From positions 1 through 64,000 of IMG/VR virus record IMGVR_UViG_3300032516_000001: a DNA stretch of 64,000 nt; one strand, given 5' to 3'. Made by a program: the position numbers and the translations under genes. This document shows positions 48,921 through 58,928 of the stretch, piece by piece. Within the stretch, counting starts at the first letter, position 1. Each line of letters begins with the position of its first letter. Under the pieces are notes generated by a model. It worked only from the letters and a program-made list of their open reading frames with translations, was not told where the DNA came from and did no database searches.

Positions 48921-49500
48921 AACTGATTTTTTGAAAGAATGTATATCTGACGTTAGTAGCAAACTACACAGAATGGTTCCTATTGATGATTTCAATAGAA
49001 CATTCTGTGTAGTTTGCGTAAATCGAGATTGTGCACGTAGCAAATCCAACAATTTGAAATTTGAATCTCGAGTTAATAACTGGGAGGATTTATATTTCAA
49101 TAAAGTGAAACGAGCGGATAATCAAGATCCTCAATTCGAAAGCATAAGAATTAAGAGATTCGTATCTCCAGAGGATAGAAGTACATACATAATTAAAGAA
49201 CCGGAACTGGAGCCAAAACCTGAACCTAAAACGAATCCAGATCCGGAACCAGTATTGGAGCCAGTAATACAAGCTCCTGAGAAGGAACTTCAACCCATGG
49301 ATGCACCAGAATTGAACGTACCTAAACCTAAAGAGTCAATACCTGATCCAATTCCACAAGCTGTTGATCAAGTGACAAACACCCCATTCGTTCAAGGAAC
49401 GATGCTCCCTGGTTCGAAGCAGGCAACCGTACTCGAATCAAGTCAAGTATTCGTATTCGATGATGACAATGAAGAGCAAGCAAAACCCGGAGTGGGGTGA
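48910..49500 (+). CDS. Hypothetical protein with Pro/Glu-rich linker
   Basis: FCVVC.N..C.RS; PEPK repeats. Confidence 0.65.
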   Translation: MNSKTDFLKECISDVSSKLHRMVPIDDFNRTFCVVCVNRDCARSKSNNLKFESRVNNWEDLYFNKVKRADNQDPQFESIRIKRFVSPEDRSTYIIKEPELEPKPEPKTNPDPEPVLEPVIQAPEKELQPMDAPELNVPKPKESIPDPIPQAVDQVTNTPFVQGTMLPGSKQATVLESSQVFVFDDDNEEQAKPGVG

Positions 49501-50296
49501 TAATTTAGCAATCGTTCTTGCGAAAGGTGGGGAACTAGCTGAACAAGCTGAAAAGAAGTTACTAGCGGAGTATCTAATACTAATTCGAACACAACTAGAA
49601 ACTAGCGTTAAATTACAAAAAGCGGTAACTGATTCTGATCCGGCGACTGAGGCTAGAGGAAAAGTAACTCAATATTTATCGAAGCATATTAGACCTGGGA
49701 CGATAGAAGTCTTTCGTAAAGCTGTAGAACAGATTCTCTCGGAGCTAGACCAACTTCGGACTAAAAAGCCTAGCTTGTATCTAGTGAATCAAGCTACTGG
49801 CGAACTGGTGATGCCTATAAATAAGGATCTCATTTTTACACCACCGGATTATATTGGAGCAGACGGGCAGCTGCATAAATCAAATCCCATTGTTCACCCA
49901 GGGGTGACATCTTCTCTGGCATTAGCTATTCACAAGCAAGCCAAAACGAATAAAGCGATCGCGAAATCTAAGAAGAACAAAGCTACTGAACAAGCGTATG
50001 CACATATATCCGACCCAAATAAAATAATTGAATTGACTAAAGAAAAACTTCAAACTGCTGGTATTGAAATAGACAACGACTTAGATTCTGACAGTCAAAT
50101 AATTGAATTTGGACGAGAACAATCGGATGGAATATTTCAATCGTCCAATCTTCACTTTCACAGAATTCAGGTATTTTCTTCAACTCTGGCTCATAAAATA
50201 GTAAAGCTAAATCCTAGAAAATGTGCATTTGGTAAACTAGAGATGAAACATAATTCAAAACAGCAGTGGTATACTGTTGAGGTGCGACTAATGTAA
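49460..50296 (+). CDS. Hypothetical protein
   Basis: 278 aa ORF. Confidence 0.7.
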   Translation: MMTMKSKQNPEWGDNLAIVLAKGGELAEQAEKKLLAEYLILIRTQLETSVKLQKAVTDSDPATEARGKVTQYLSKHIRPGTIEVFRKAVEQILSELDQLRTKKPSLYLVNQATGELVMPINKDLIFTPPDYIGADGQLHKSNPIVHPGVTSSLALAIHKQAKTNKAIAKSKKNKATEQAYAHISDPNKIIELTKEKLQTAGIEIDNDLDSDSQIIEFGREQSDGIFQSSNLHFHRIQVFSSTLAHKIVKLNPRKCAFGKLEMKHNSKQQWYTVEVRLM

Positions 50297-50305
50297 ATTG
50301 CCTAT

Positions 50306-50563
50306 ATGTTTATCATAAGATATATTAAAACATGCATTTTAAGAATTAGGAACTCTATTGAAGATATTCTCAATGGAGGACAAGCATTTGGTGATGAATA
50401 TGACGATCTTATTGACCTCGATGATGGTGATATCGATGGTGAACCGACGCCTCCTAGGTATCCATGTCCAAAATGTGGTAAGGAAACCAAAGAGCACCAA
50501 ATTTCAGGTACTCGAATTTGTTCATGTTGTCGTCAAATATCTGTTCATGTTGTCGTCAAATAG
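50306..50563 (+). CDS. Small Zn-ribbon protein
   Basis: Shares PRYPCPKCGKETKE module with 203..646; TAAATT-N6-ATG. Confidence 0.6.
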   Translation: MFIIRYIKTCILRIRNSIEDILNGGQAFGDEYDDLIDLDDGDIDGEPTPPRYPCPKCGKETKEHQISGTRICSCCRQISVHVVVK

Positions 50564-50565
50564 TT

Positions 50566-51078
50566 TCAGGAGATTAAATTAAGAATTCTGGCCAATACTG
50601 CAGCTAATGCATATCTGAATTCAGGGACTCCTGGTAATTCGCTGTCATTCAATCCTAATAGAATTTTTGCCATATCATCGATTTTACTTCTAAATTGAAA
50701 TACCACATACGTTCCTAATGGTAACATTGCAGTTAAATCTGTCGGAAGATTAGTTGCTTTCGATATTTCAAAGAATAAATTAAGAATCTCTTGTAGTTTT
50801 TCCTTGATTTGAGTATTTGCTTCATTTGGTAGTCTTGGATATTGATCTACCAAAGCAGTATTGAATCTATCAGGCGCAAGAGTTGGCATCCAAATCGCAA
50901 TCGGATTTTTTACAGAATAATCATTTACTATTCCAATACCGGATATTGTGGGAAGTATTGTCTGCATTATGTAGCATGGAATGCATATTTTCAATGCTAC
51001 TTCTCGTTCTTCCTTATCATAGTTAACTATTGATATTCCACCAAATTCAAATAGCGGAAAATTATCTTGGGGATCCAT
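50566..51078 (-). CDS. Hypothetical protein
   Basis: TACGAT box upstream; LPLGT..F motif weakly ThyX-like but unconvincing. Confidence 0.6.
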   Translation of the reverse strand: MDPQDNFPLFEFGGISIVNYDKEEREVALKICIPCYIMQTILPTISGIGIVNDYSVKNPIAIWMPTLAPDRFNTALVDQYPRLPNEANTQIKEKLQEILNLFFEISKATNLPTDLTAMLPLGTYVVFQFRSKIDDMAKILLGLNDSELPGVPEFRYALAAVLARILNLIS

Positions 51079-51084
51079 ACTCTA

Positions 51085-52161
51085 TTATCGTACACCCATA
51101 GCTTGCAGCATGTTTTGCCGAAATTCTGGATCCGCCCAGCGAGCCTTCATAGCTTCTGATATCTTCATCTTGGTTTCCGGATCATGTTTTTTCATTTTTG
51201 CCCAATAAGCTTTCGAAGCTTTCAGTATTTTGGCCCTAATTTCTGGGCTATGCGGTTTCGCTTTCATTTTATTGACGGTGGCGATTTTGTCTCGATAACT
51301 TGGGTCGGACATTCTCTTTTCCAAAGAATTCATAATCTTCTGCCGAAATTCTGGATTTGTCCAACGAATTTTCATGGCTTCCGATATCTTCATCTTAGTT
51401 TCCGGATCATGTGGTTTTGCTTTAATTTTATTAGAAGCCGCTATTCTCTCCCTGACATCAGGACTATTTAGTTTTTTCTTAATTAAATCTGAAGTTTTTT
51501 GTCGAAATTCAGGATCAGACCACGATTTCTTTAAGGCTTCCGATACCTTTGCAATATGCTCTGGAGAATGCATCTTCCCTTTCCTGGCTTTGGACATTCT
51601 TGCGCAAAATTCTGGGGTTCGTATTTTTCCTTTGTTTCCATTGGATATTTTTTCTTTGACCTCTGATCTAGCATTGACTTGTTTAGAGATCATGGACATC
51701 TTAGCTACAAATTGCGGATCGCTCCACATCTCTTGACTAGCCTTGGACCTTCGAGCCTGAACTAAGGGATCTTTGAGCGATGCATTGACCGAAGCTGTAA
51801 CTCTAGCTCTAAAATCTGGGTTATTCCACGGATTCTTCCTAATCGGATGCGGTTTATGTTCACCTCCCCTTGCCAAATTAAACCCAAATTGCGGATCTCT
51901 AGTTTTATAAAATTCAATCCATTTTTCTTCGGCTAAATTGGCCGCTTCTAATGTGTTACATACTTCCAAAACTCCATGTGAAAATGCATCTCTACCGTAT
52001 TTACGGATGGCGTTAGGAAAATGCCAGCGACCTCCTTTAGTTGATTTGGCAGCACATATATGGTTCCGCCATCTCTTCTCCATAGTCTGAGAAGTCATCC
52101 CAATATAACGGCGCCCAGAATCAATATGTGTATGATAATAGATCGTCCAGTGTTTATTCAC
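51085..52161 (-). mobile_element. Free-standing GIY-YIG endonuclease, copy 4
   Basis: WTIYYH..RRYIGMT; duplicated HDPETKMKISEAMK.RW..PEFRQ repeats. Confidence 0.9.
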
Positions 52162-52184
52162 ACTGGAAACGTCCTATAAAAGTT

Positions 52185-54992
52185 TCAAAGCCCCAGTAGA
52201 TCTACCAATACTCTAAAACGATCAGGGTCCACCATCACTCCTTCAGATTCTGATAAAATAATCTTACCATCATGCCCCAGAATCCTTAAAGCATGAGATC
52301 CTTCAGCTAGAATACAGATAGCATACAATTTCTTCATCGAATTTTCGGTCAAAACGGTTCTGATAGTCCATCTTAATACAGAACCACCACCGTTTCCATT
52401 GCCGGGAACGGGCTTTACTTCTTGAGCTTGAACCGCGGATTCAGTCGGTATCTTTTCTTCCGATTTTGGTTCAGATTCCGATACAGGTTCAGGTTTCGGG
52501 GCTAATTCTATAGGTCCGATATCGATATCCAAATCACCATTAACTGGAAGTATGGCCTCCGTTGATTCTAACTCGACATTGGTGTCTAATTTAGACTCGG
52601 GATCAAGTTCAGATTGAGGCTCCGGTTCAGGTGTCGGTGTAACCTCTGTCTGAGGATTTGATGACTTAGGTCCCCCATCAATCTTTCGCCATATATATGC
52701 CTGCAAGAAATCGGGAATTTTCTGGTACACTCTTCCATTATCAAAATATTGGTTGCCTTTCAGCTTACCAGCATAATTTCCTTTTTCGTCTAGGTCTTTA
52801 GGTCTGGGAACAGCTCCGTCGACCATATGGAAGAAATCAAACCTAGCACGCCAGTGAACATCAACTCCGGGCTCTGTATCGAGCGGCACCACCCATTGAC
52901 GCCCATGAGCTTTATGCATCGCCCCTGGGAGAACCATCCACTCATGGAGTTTCGGAACGATTTCCATCAAGAATTGGGGTCTAATTTCATAGACAACTTC
53001 ATCGTGTACCGTTAGCACGTAGCGAACTCTGTCCTCCCATTTATTCAATCGTATTTGTTTATCCACATAACACATTGCTAATTTCAAGACATCTGCTGAT
53101 GTGGATTGAATAGTGTAATTGATAGCACAACGTTCAGCCTTTGCCCTAACGGCTTTAATCGGTGAATCAATCGTCGGAATCGGGATTCTACGACCAAATG
53201 CCGTATAAATGCACTTATGTTTCTTGGTAAATTGCTTTTGATAATCAACATATCCCATCAAAACTGGGACATCATTTCGCAAGTTATTCATGTGACGTTG
53301 AGCATCCTCGATTGAACACCCAACATTGCGCATTATGGCGCCAGCTCCACCACCATATATGAATGCGAAATTGCAGCGCTTGCCGCGATTTCGTTCATCT
53401 TTACTAATATTTTTCTTCCCGAATAGTGTACGCGATGTGATTGCGTGTACGTCTCCATCACCATGTAAGAAGGATTCCGTCCAAACCGGATCCCCGGACA
53501 TATTAGTTACTACACGTAATTCCTCACCAGCATAATCAATTTTGACTAGGATATACCCAGGTCTAGCCGATATGCAACTCCGTATCTGCTTAAATAATTC
53601 TGGTTTATCATCATCAGAATCGCGAGGGATCCCTTGAAAATTGACTCCTGAAAATCCATCTTTTATATCACCAGCAGTAGCCGAAAGACGAGTTGTGTCA
53701 GTACCGAGCTGATTGAAATTCGGTCTAACATCGCCATATATATCATGTGATTTGAGGAATTTCTCGATGAATGATCCTCCCATCTTTTCATAATGACGGT
53801 ATTCGAGGAGAAATTCGAATATGCTAGCAGTCTTGGATCTATGCGTTATCTTAGTCTTCTCTCCATAGTCTCTATGGAGAGTTTTGACCATTTCGTCTTT
53901 TAAGGAGTACTGCTTCGGTTTTCCGTCTTCACCGATTTCAACTTCATGCGGCTCATCGTCGCCATCTGAATCATCATTATTGTGGCTATAATAATCCCCA
54001 CCAGGGTTTAGCATTTCTTTGGTGGGTTTTAATTTCATACCTTCCGGATCTGTATGGAAGGCTTTCGATAGTTGTGTTACAGAACCAACATTCAATGTCA
54101 ACCACTTACCGGTATTACCAGTTCTTGATTCAATAAATCGCCGGATCAAATCGCCGGTCTCTTGCATGGCCTCCTTACATTCAGCATGAAGTTGATTGAC
54201 TCTATCAACATCTATATGAACGCGATTACGCTCCATTTTCCGGAGCACATTACAGAAGGCTCTTTCCAAATCATAGATTGTTGGATCGAATCCTTGTAAT
54301 TTATCTTTCAGAGTATGATATAATTTATAAGTAAAAATGCCATCAGAACAGCCGTACTCGAGGCCTTCCTTAGGATGCAATAATGCAAAGTTGTATCTCT
54401 GCTTTGCTCGTTTTAATTGTTCTTTTTTCTCTGCTGTAAACAACTCATCAAGTTCCACCATGTCGATACCATAGTGAATCTTGGTGAGAGGCTTCAATCC
54501 CGCCGGGGATGTCTTAATTGGGTTAATGATTTTAGCTAAGAAATATGTATCTTCATATTGATCTATCTTCCAATATTCTTTACCGGTGACTGGATATAAG
54601 AATTCACAATCGAATTTTGAGTTATGGAAGATGGCTCTTGCATTACTATTTATTAATTTGGCTAATAGCTCCCAAGCTTCATCCCATGGTAAATTCCCAG
54701 AATCTTCCGGCTCATGAGAGAGTGGAACATAATACCCATGCTGTCCATCAAATGAAATGCATACGCCGACTATTCTATCTATGGTTCTAATTCCAAATTT
54801 GGTTTTCTTTCCATCTTCAAAATGGCTATCTGAATAAATTCTATTGTCGACACCAGTGGTTTCTGTATCGATCGAGTACAACCCTCTTTTTATACAGGTA
54901 TCTACGAGTTGACCAAGTTGATCGAGAGTCTGTACTAAATGGAAGCTATAATATTGAAACCAGTCGCGCTGTATAGTTATTCTATCATCCAT
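52185..54992 (-). CDS. polA: Family A DNA polymerase (3'-5' exonuclease plus polymerase; no 5' nuclease)
   Basis: DTETTG, FHNSKFD, YGCSD; motif A DYAGEELR, motif B RGKRCNFAFIYG, motif C VHDE. Confidence 0.95.
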   Translation of the reverse strand: MDDRITIQRDWFQYYSFHLVQTLDQLGQLVDTCIKRGLYSIDTETTGVDNRIYSDSHFEDGKKTKFGIRTIDRIVGVCISFDGQHGYYVPLSHEPEDSGNLPWDEAWELLAKLINSNARAIFHNSKFDCEFLYPVTGKEYWKIDQYEDTYFLAKIINPIKTSPAGLKPLTKIHYGIDMVELDELFTAEKKEQLKRAKQRYNFALLHPKEGLEYGCSDGIFTYKLYHTLKDKLQGFDPTIYDLERAFCNVLRKMERNRVHIDVDRVNQLHAECKEAMQETGDLIRRFIESRTGNTGKWLTLNVGSVTQLSKAFHTDPEGMKLKPTKEMLNPGGDYYSHNNDDSDGDDEPHEVEIGEDGKPKQYSLKDEMVKTLHRDYGEKTKITHRSKTASIFEFLLEYRHYEKMGGSFIEKFLKSHDIYGDVRPNFNQLGTDTTRLSATAGDIKDGFSGVNFQGIPRDSDDDKPELFKQIRSCISARPGYILVKIDYAGEELRVVTNMSGDPVWTESFLHGDGDVHAITSRTLFGKKNISKDERNRGKRCNFAFIYGGGAGAIMRNVGCSIEDAQRHMNNLRNDVPVLMGYVDYQKQFTKKHKCIYTAFGRRIPIPTIDSPIKAVRAKAERCAINYTIQSTSADVLKLAMCYVDKQIRLNKWEDRVRYVLTVHDEVVYEIRPQFLMEIVPKLHEWMVLPGAMHKAHGRQWVVPLDTEPGVDVHWRARFDFFHMVDGAVPRPKDLDEKGNYAGKLKGNQYFDNGRVYQKIPDFLQAYIWRKIDGGPKSSNPQTEVTPTPEPEPQSELDPESKLDTNVELESTEAILPVNGDLDIDIGPIELAPKPEPVSESEPKSEEKIPTESAVQAQEVKPVPGNGNGGGSVLRWTIRTVLTENSMKKLYAICILAEGSHALRILGHDGKIILSESEGVMVDPDRFRVLVDLLGL

Positions 54993-55013
54993 TTGTTGAA
55001 GGAGCACTAGAAA

Positions 55014-56528
55014 TTGTACACTCAGCAAAATCCGAAAATTGTTGTTAAATGCACAGAATGTTTAAAAGAGTTACAAATATCAAAAATTGCCTTGGCTAGA
55101 GCATTAAAGAAAAGAGGTAAATATGTATGTTTACAATGCGTTATGTCATCAAATGAGGTTAGACATAAAATAAAGTTATTTAATAAAAATATGAGTAAAG
55201 AAACTAGAAATAAAATTCGTGAATCTTTAAAAAAGAAATATGCTGATGCTAGTGATGCTGAAATTGAAGTAATAAGACAAAAGTCACTTCAGATTTGGGA
55301 AGATTCGGAATTCACACGTAAACAGAAGTCAATGAGGGATAGCTCAGAATTTCGTTCTAAATTAAGTGAATCTGTTAAATTAGCATTCTCCAAATGCGAT
55401 TGGCCTGCGAGACAACCAGTCGTAGCTAAAAAGCTATGGCAAGATAAAGATTATAGGCGTAAACAGTTATTGTTTAAAGCATCTGATTCATATAGAGAGA
55501 AACAAAGTCGTATAACAAAAGCAAAATGGGGCACAGTCGAGTATAGAAAATCTCAGTCAAAAGGATTATCGGAAGCTTTTAAAAAAGGAGTTGATTCATA
55601 TATTGAGCGTGCTGTTCATAATATCTTGACTGATATGAATATGTCGTACATTCGGCATCATGTTATTGGCTGGTATGAATTTGATGTTTACATACCAGAC
55701 CATAAATTATTGATCGAATGCCAGGGAGAATATTGGCACTCGCTAGACAAACATAAAGCAAACGATATTAGAAAATATAATTATGTCAATGATTATTTCC
55801 CGGATCATAAAATTCTTTATCTATATGAGAGAGATTTTCTAAATCCACAAATCGTAAAACAAAAACTCATAAGTTCTTTAGTAGACAATTCTAATCGATT
55901 AATTGAATTGTCCCAGACATGTTTTCAACTTAATAATATTGTGACAAAAGTTCTGGCTACCAAACTAAAACAGAAGCATTCACATTATTCAGAACCAGAA
56001 GAATTCATGCAAGCATACCATTATGCTGGATACGGGAGAACTGCTAAGAAACTATACGGAGCATACTTGGATGAGAAGTTAATTGCGGTATGCAAATTTG
56101 CAGGCGTTATCAGGAAAGAGGTTGCAACTTCGATGAATTTTGAACCAAATCAAGTGTTAGAACTTGATCGTTTCTGCATCCACCCGCAGTACCATAAGAA
56201 AAATTTTGGTTCTTGGTTCATATCACGTTGTTCAAAATTATTATTAAATGAATGTACGAAAATCGACTGTCTGGTGTCTTTTGCTGATACTACATTTGGC
56301 CACCATGGAACAATATACTCAGCCGCTGGGTGGAAAATGATCCACACAGTTAAACCGGATTACCATTATGTAAGTGAGGATGGATTCGTATTACATAAGA
56401 AGACTTTATATAATCATGCCCGGAGAATGGGAAAGACAGAATCAAAATATGCAAATGAATTTAGATACACGAAAATATTCGGAAAAGAAAAGATAAAATT
56501 CGCATTATATCGAAGATGTATAGTCTAA
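55014..56528 (+). CDS. Endonuclease (DUF559/Vsr-like) fused to a Mom-like GNAT domain
   Basis: YEFDVYIPDHKLLIECQGEYWH; HYAG..ELDRFC..NFGSWFISR..LVSFADTTFGHHGTIYSAAGW. Confidence 0.8.
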   Translation: MYTQQNPKIVVKCTECLKELQISKIALARALKKRGKYVCLQCVMSSNEVRHKIKLFNKNMSKETRNKIRESLKKKYADASDAEIEVIRQKSLQIWEDSEFTRKQKSMRDSSEFRSKLSESVKLAFSKCDWPARQPVVAKKLWQDKDYRRKQLLFKASDSYREKQSRITKAKWGTVEYRKSQSKGLSEAFKKGVDSYIERAVHNILTDMNMSYIRHHVIGWYEFDVYIPDHKLLIECQGEYWHSLDKHKANDIRKYNYVNDYFPDHKILYLYERDFLNPQIVKQKLISSLVDNSNRLIELSQTCFQLNNIVTKVLATKLKQKHSHYSEPEEFMQAYHYAGYGRTAKKLYGAYLDEKLIAVCKFAGVIRKEVATSMNFEPNQVLELDRFCIHPQYHKKNFGSWFISRCSKLLLNECTKIDCLVSFADTTFGHHGTIYSAAGWKMIHTVKPDYHYVSEDGFVLHKKTLYNHARRMGKTESKYANEFRYTKIFGKEKIKFALYRRCIV

Positions 56529-56535
56529 GTAGATC

Positions 56536-57600
56536 ATGACTGATTATTATTCAGTTCTTGGTGTCTCACGGGATGCTAGCGATGCAGATATCAAAAAAGC
56601 ATATAGAAAAATGGCCTTAGAATTGCATCCAGACAGGAATAAGAATAGCGAAGCTACTGAACAATTCAAGAAAGTCACAGAAGCATACAAAATATTGTCA
56701 GATACTAAGAGTAGACAAAAATACGATACACTACGTGACCCTCAATTTTTCGATCCATTTAACAATATTAACGATGTTTTATCGAGTTTCTTTAGAAAAC
56801 GAGATGATGACCTCTTCAGAAGACGGACTGCTAACTTTCATATTTATGATCAGCCGTTAGAAGTAAATGGAACGGATGTTGAATTAGCAATAGAGATTAG
56901 TCTAAAAGAAGCAGCATTCGGATGTCAGAAAACAATAGATTCAGTACCGGATACTCGAACTGTTTGTCCAGCATGTAGTGGGTCTAGATGCAAGTCAGGG
57001 TCACGGAGGATTATTTGTGCAGTTTGTGCTGGAAGAGGAAAAATACTCAATGAATTACGAAATGGCCCAAGAATTATTAAATGCACTAATTGTAAAGGGC
57101 ACGGTGATAGACCGATATCCCCTTGTCCTGTATGCAAAGGAACTGGAGAAGGAATTCAAAACAAAAGTGTTACTGTAAAAATCCCGTCTGGTGTAGACAC
57201 AGGCACAAGACTTAGATTGGTAAGAATGGGAGCCCCAGGAATTAACAGACCTCCAGGAGATCTTTATGTTGAAATTAAGGTGCTAGATGACCCAAGATTT
57301 CAGCGAATCGGCCTGAATCTGGCCACTTCTCATGCTGTTTCTTTGTACAAAGCTTTGAAAGGCGGAGAAGATCAAATCATATCATTAGATGATACGACTA
57401 GACTATTCAGTATCCCGAAACCCATGGAACCTGGTGTTTCGATGGTTACTGTCCATGGAGCCGGGATAAAGGATGTAATAAATAATAGAGTCGGTAATTT
57501 GCTTATTTTATTGCAGGTAAAATTGCCAAAAGTTATGTCAGCTCGAGCATTAAAACTCCTCGAAGAATTGGAAATTGAGAAATCCATCAGCACTCAATAA
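56536..57600 (+). CDS. dnaJ: DnaJ co-chaperone
   Basis: [11 protein letters not shown]; four CxxCxGxG-type repeats; [14 protein letters not shown]. Confidence 0.95.
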   Translation: MTDYYSVLGVSRDASDADIKKAYRKMALELHPDRNKNSEATEQFKKVTEAYKILSDTKSRQKYDTLRDPQFFDPFNNINDVLSSFFRKRDDDLFRRRTANFHIYDQPLEVNGTDVELAIEISLKEAAFGCQKTIDSVPDTRTVCPACSGSRCKSGSRRIICAVCAGRGKILNELRNGPRIIKCTNCKGHGDRPISPCPVCKGTGEGIQNKSVTVKIPSGVDTGTRLRLVRMGAPGINRPPGDLYVEIKVLDDPRFQRIGLNLATSHAVSLYKALKGGEDQIISLDDTTRLFSIPKPMEPGVSMVTVHGAGIKDVINNRVGNLLILLQVKLPKVMSARALKLLEELEIEKSISTQ

Positions 57601-58171
57601 TTAATACATACTGTCCGGCACGCCAAGCCTGGACAATGTGGTTTGCCAAATCCCTTGCTACTGTCAAATCGTCATTCGAAAGCTTTTCCTCAATACCGTA
57701 TTCCCAACAAACCGGAAATTTAGATTTCCTCGAAATATTGCTTGTTATGCATTCTTTGGTGCTAGACATTGGACAGTTATCTATTAATGAACATAGTCTA
57801 TCGAGTTTAATCAAAGCGCCGATCGGAGCAGTTCGTAATAAATTCTCTAGTTTTTTAGAATAATGTTTTTTGGCCTCTTCCACGGATACTCTTGTTACAT
57901 ATGAACAATGCTCTAGAATTGGTGATAATGCTGACCCCACCGCGATATCCTTAAGTATGGTTTCACGTTCTGGGTCTAATTCTAGAATTTCAATTGCCTC
58001 ATCAGTATTCAACTGCAGACAATATCGGATTGGTTCTATTAGTCGCATATGACATCGGTAATTGGGTTGTCCATCATGTTCCGTAATTTGATAAGAACAT
58101 CGATCATCGGTGGAGTTGAAATATGGCCATTGTGATCGAAGTCCCATTTTACTGTATCTAGAACGCGACAA
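57587..58171 (-). CDS. Hypothetical protein (true start probably near 58050)
   Basis: The long version overlaps the adjacent gene. Confidence 0.55.
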   Translation of the reverse strand: MSRSRYSKMGLRSQWPYFNSTDDRCSYQITEHDGQPNYRCHMRLIEPIRYCLQLNTDEAIEILELDPERETILKDIAVGSALSPILEHCSYVTRVSVEEAKKHYSKKLENLLRTAPIGALIKLDRLCSLIDNCPMSSTKECITSNISRKSKFPVCWEYGIEEKLSNDDLTVARDLANHIVQAWRAGQYVLIIEC

Positions 58172-58644
58172 AATCTTATAAAATCAATCAATGCAACTTT
58201 ATCGCGCAACCGCATAAGCTTCTTCTCGAGCAACTCGAGAACACGTGAGACGTCTTTCCAAGCTTCAGATTCATAATGAGAGCTTTTCTCAACAGGCTCT
58301 CTGATCGCATCTTCGGGCATGCGCGGAGTCTTAATATGGAATCTTCTTTCTAACTGGGTAAGAGCCTCGTTGAACTTAATGTTTTTGAATTTAGCATATA
58401 ATCCAACTGCACTCTCATGTACTTTGCATGTAAAACAGTGGAAATGCTCTTTCCCGGTAGTTCCATAATATCTGGCCGAGGGACGCCGATCAGCACCATG
58501 GAACGGGCATGCGACTTGCTGGTTAGTTCCTCTCTCCGGAATCTCAACCCCATGTTCGGTTAGAACATCATAGGCTCCGTACACTTTCTCAATAGCAGCT
58601 ACTCTACGCTGCATCCATTCCTGGAGTGCTGGGCTAATGGTCAT
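58039..58644 (-). CDS. Stand-alone CHC2 zinc-finger (DnaG primase Zn-binding domain) protein
   Basis: CPFH.AD..PS....FHCFTC....F.EAL..L; no TOPRIM domain. Confidence 0.85.
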   Translation of the reverse strand: MTISPALQEWMQRRVAAIEKVYGAYDVLTEHGVEIPERGTNQQVACPFHGADRRPSARYYGTTGKEHFHCFTCKVHESAVGLYAKFKNIKFNEALTQLERRFHIKTPRMPEDAIREPVEKSSHYESEAWKDVSRVLELLEKKLMRLRDKVALIDFIRFCRVLDTVKWDFDHNGHISTPPMIDVLIKLRNMMDNPITDVICD

Positions 58645-58673
58645 TATCAATTTCAATTGTACATTTACTATAT

Positions 58674-58928
58674 ATGTTCAAAACATTATCGCAGGAAGAA
58701 CAACATGATTATTTATCAATAAGTGTTAGAATCGGACATCTAAGAGGCTTGGCTAGGAAATGCGGAATAAATCCTGATGATGTTATATATACTAAGAAAG
58801 TGAATGGGATTGTACGTGTTTTCCCAGGTAGATTATTACTGGAAAAATCTCTCCCGAAAATTCCAGAGAATTTAGCAACTCTTCGTGCAAAGTTATTCAA
58901 TTTGCTTGTTGATAGGATGGGGCAGTGA
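58674..58928 (+). CDS. Hypothetical protein
   Basis: ORF only. Confidence 0.55.
   Translation: MFKTLSQEEQHDYLSISVRIGHLRGLARKCGINPDDVIYTKKVNGIVRVFPGRLLLEKSLPKIPENLATLRAKLFNLLVDRMGQ

Noticed and set aside
42075-55028. Complete 2-aminoadenine (Z-genome) pathway
   Set aside because: No PurZ/PurA-like gene in this window; kept only as a low-weight finding.
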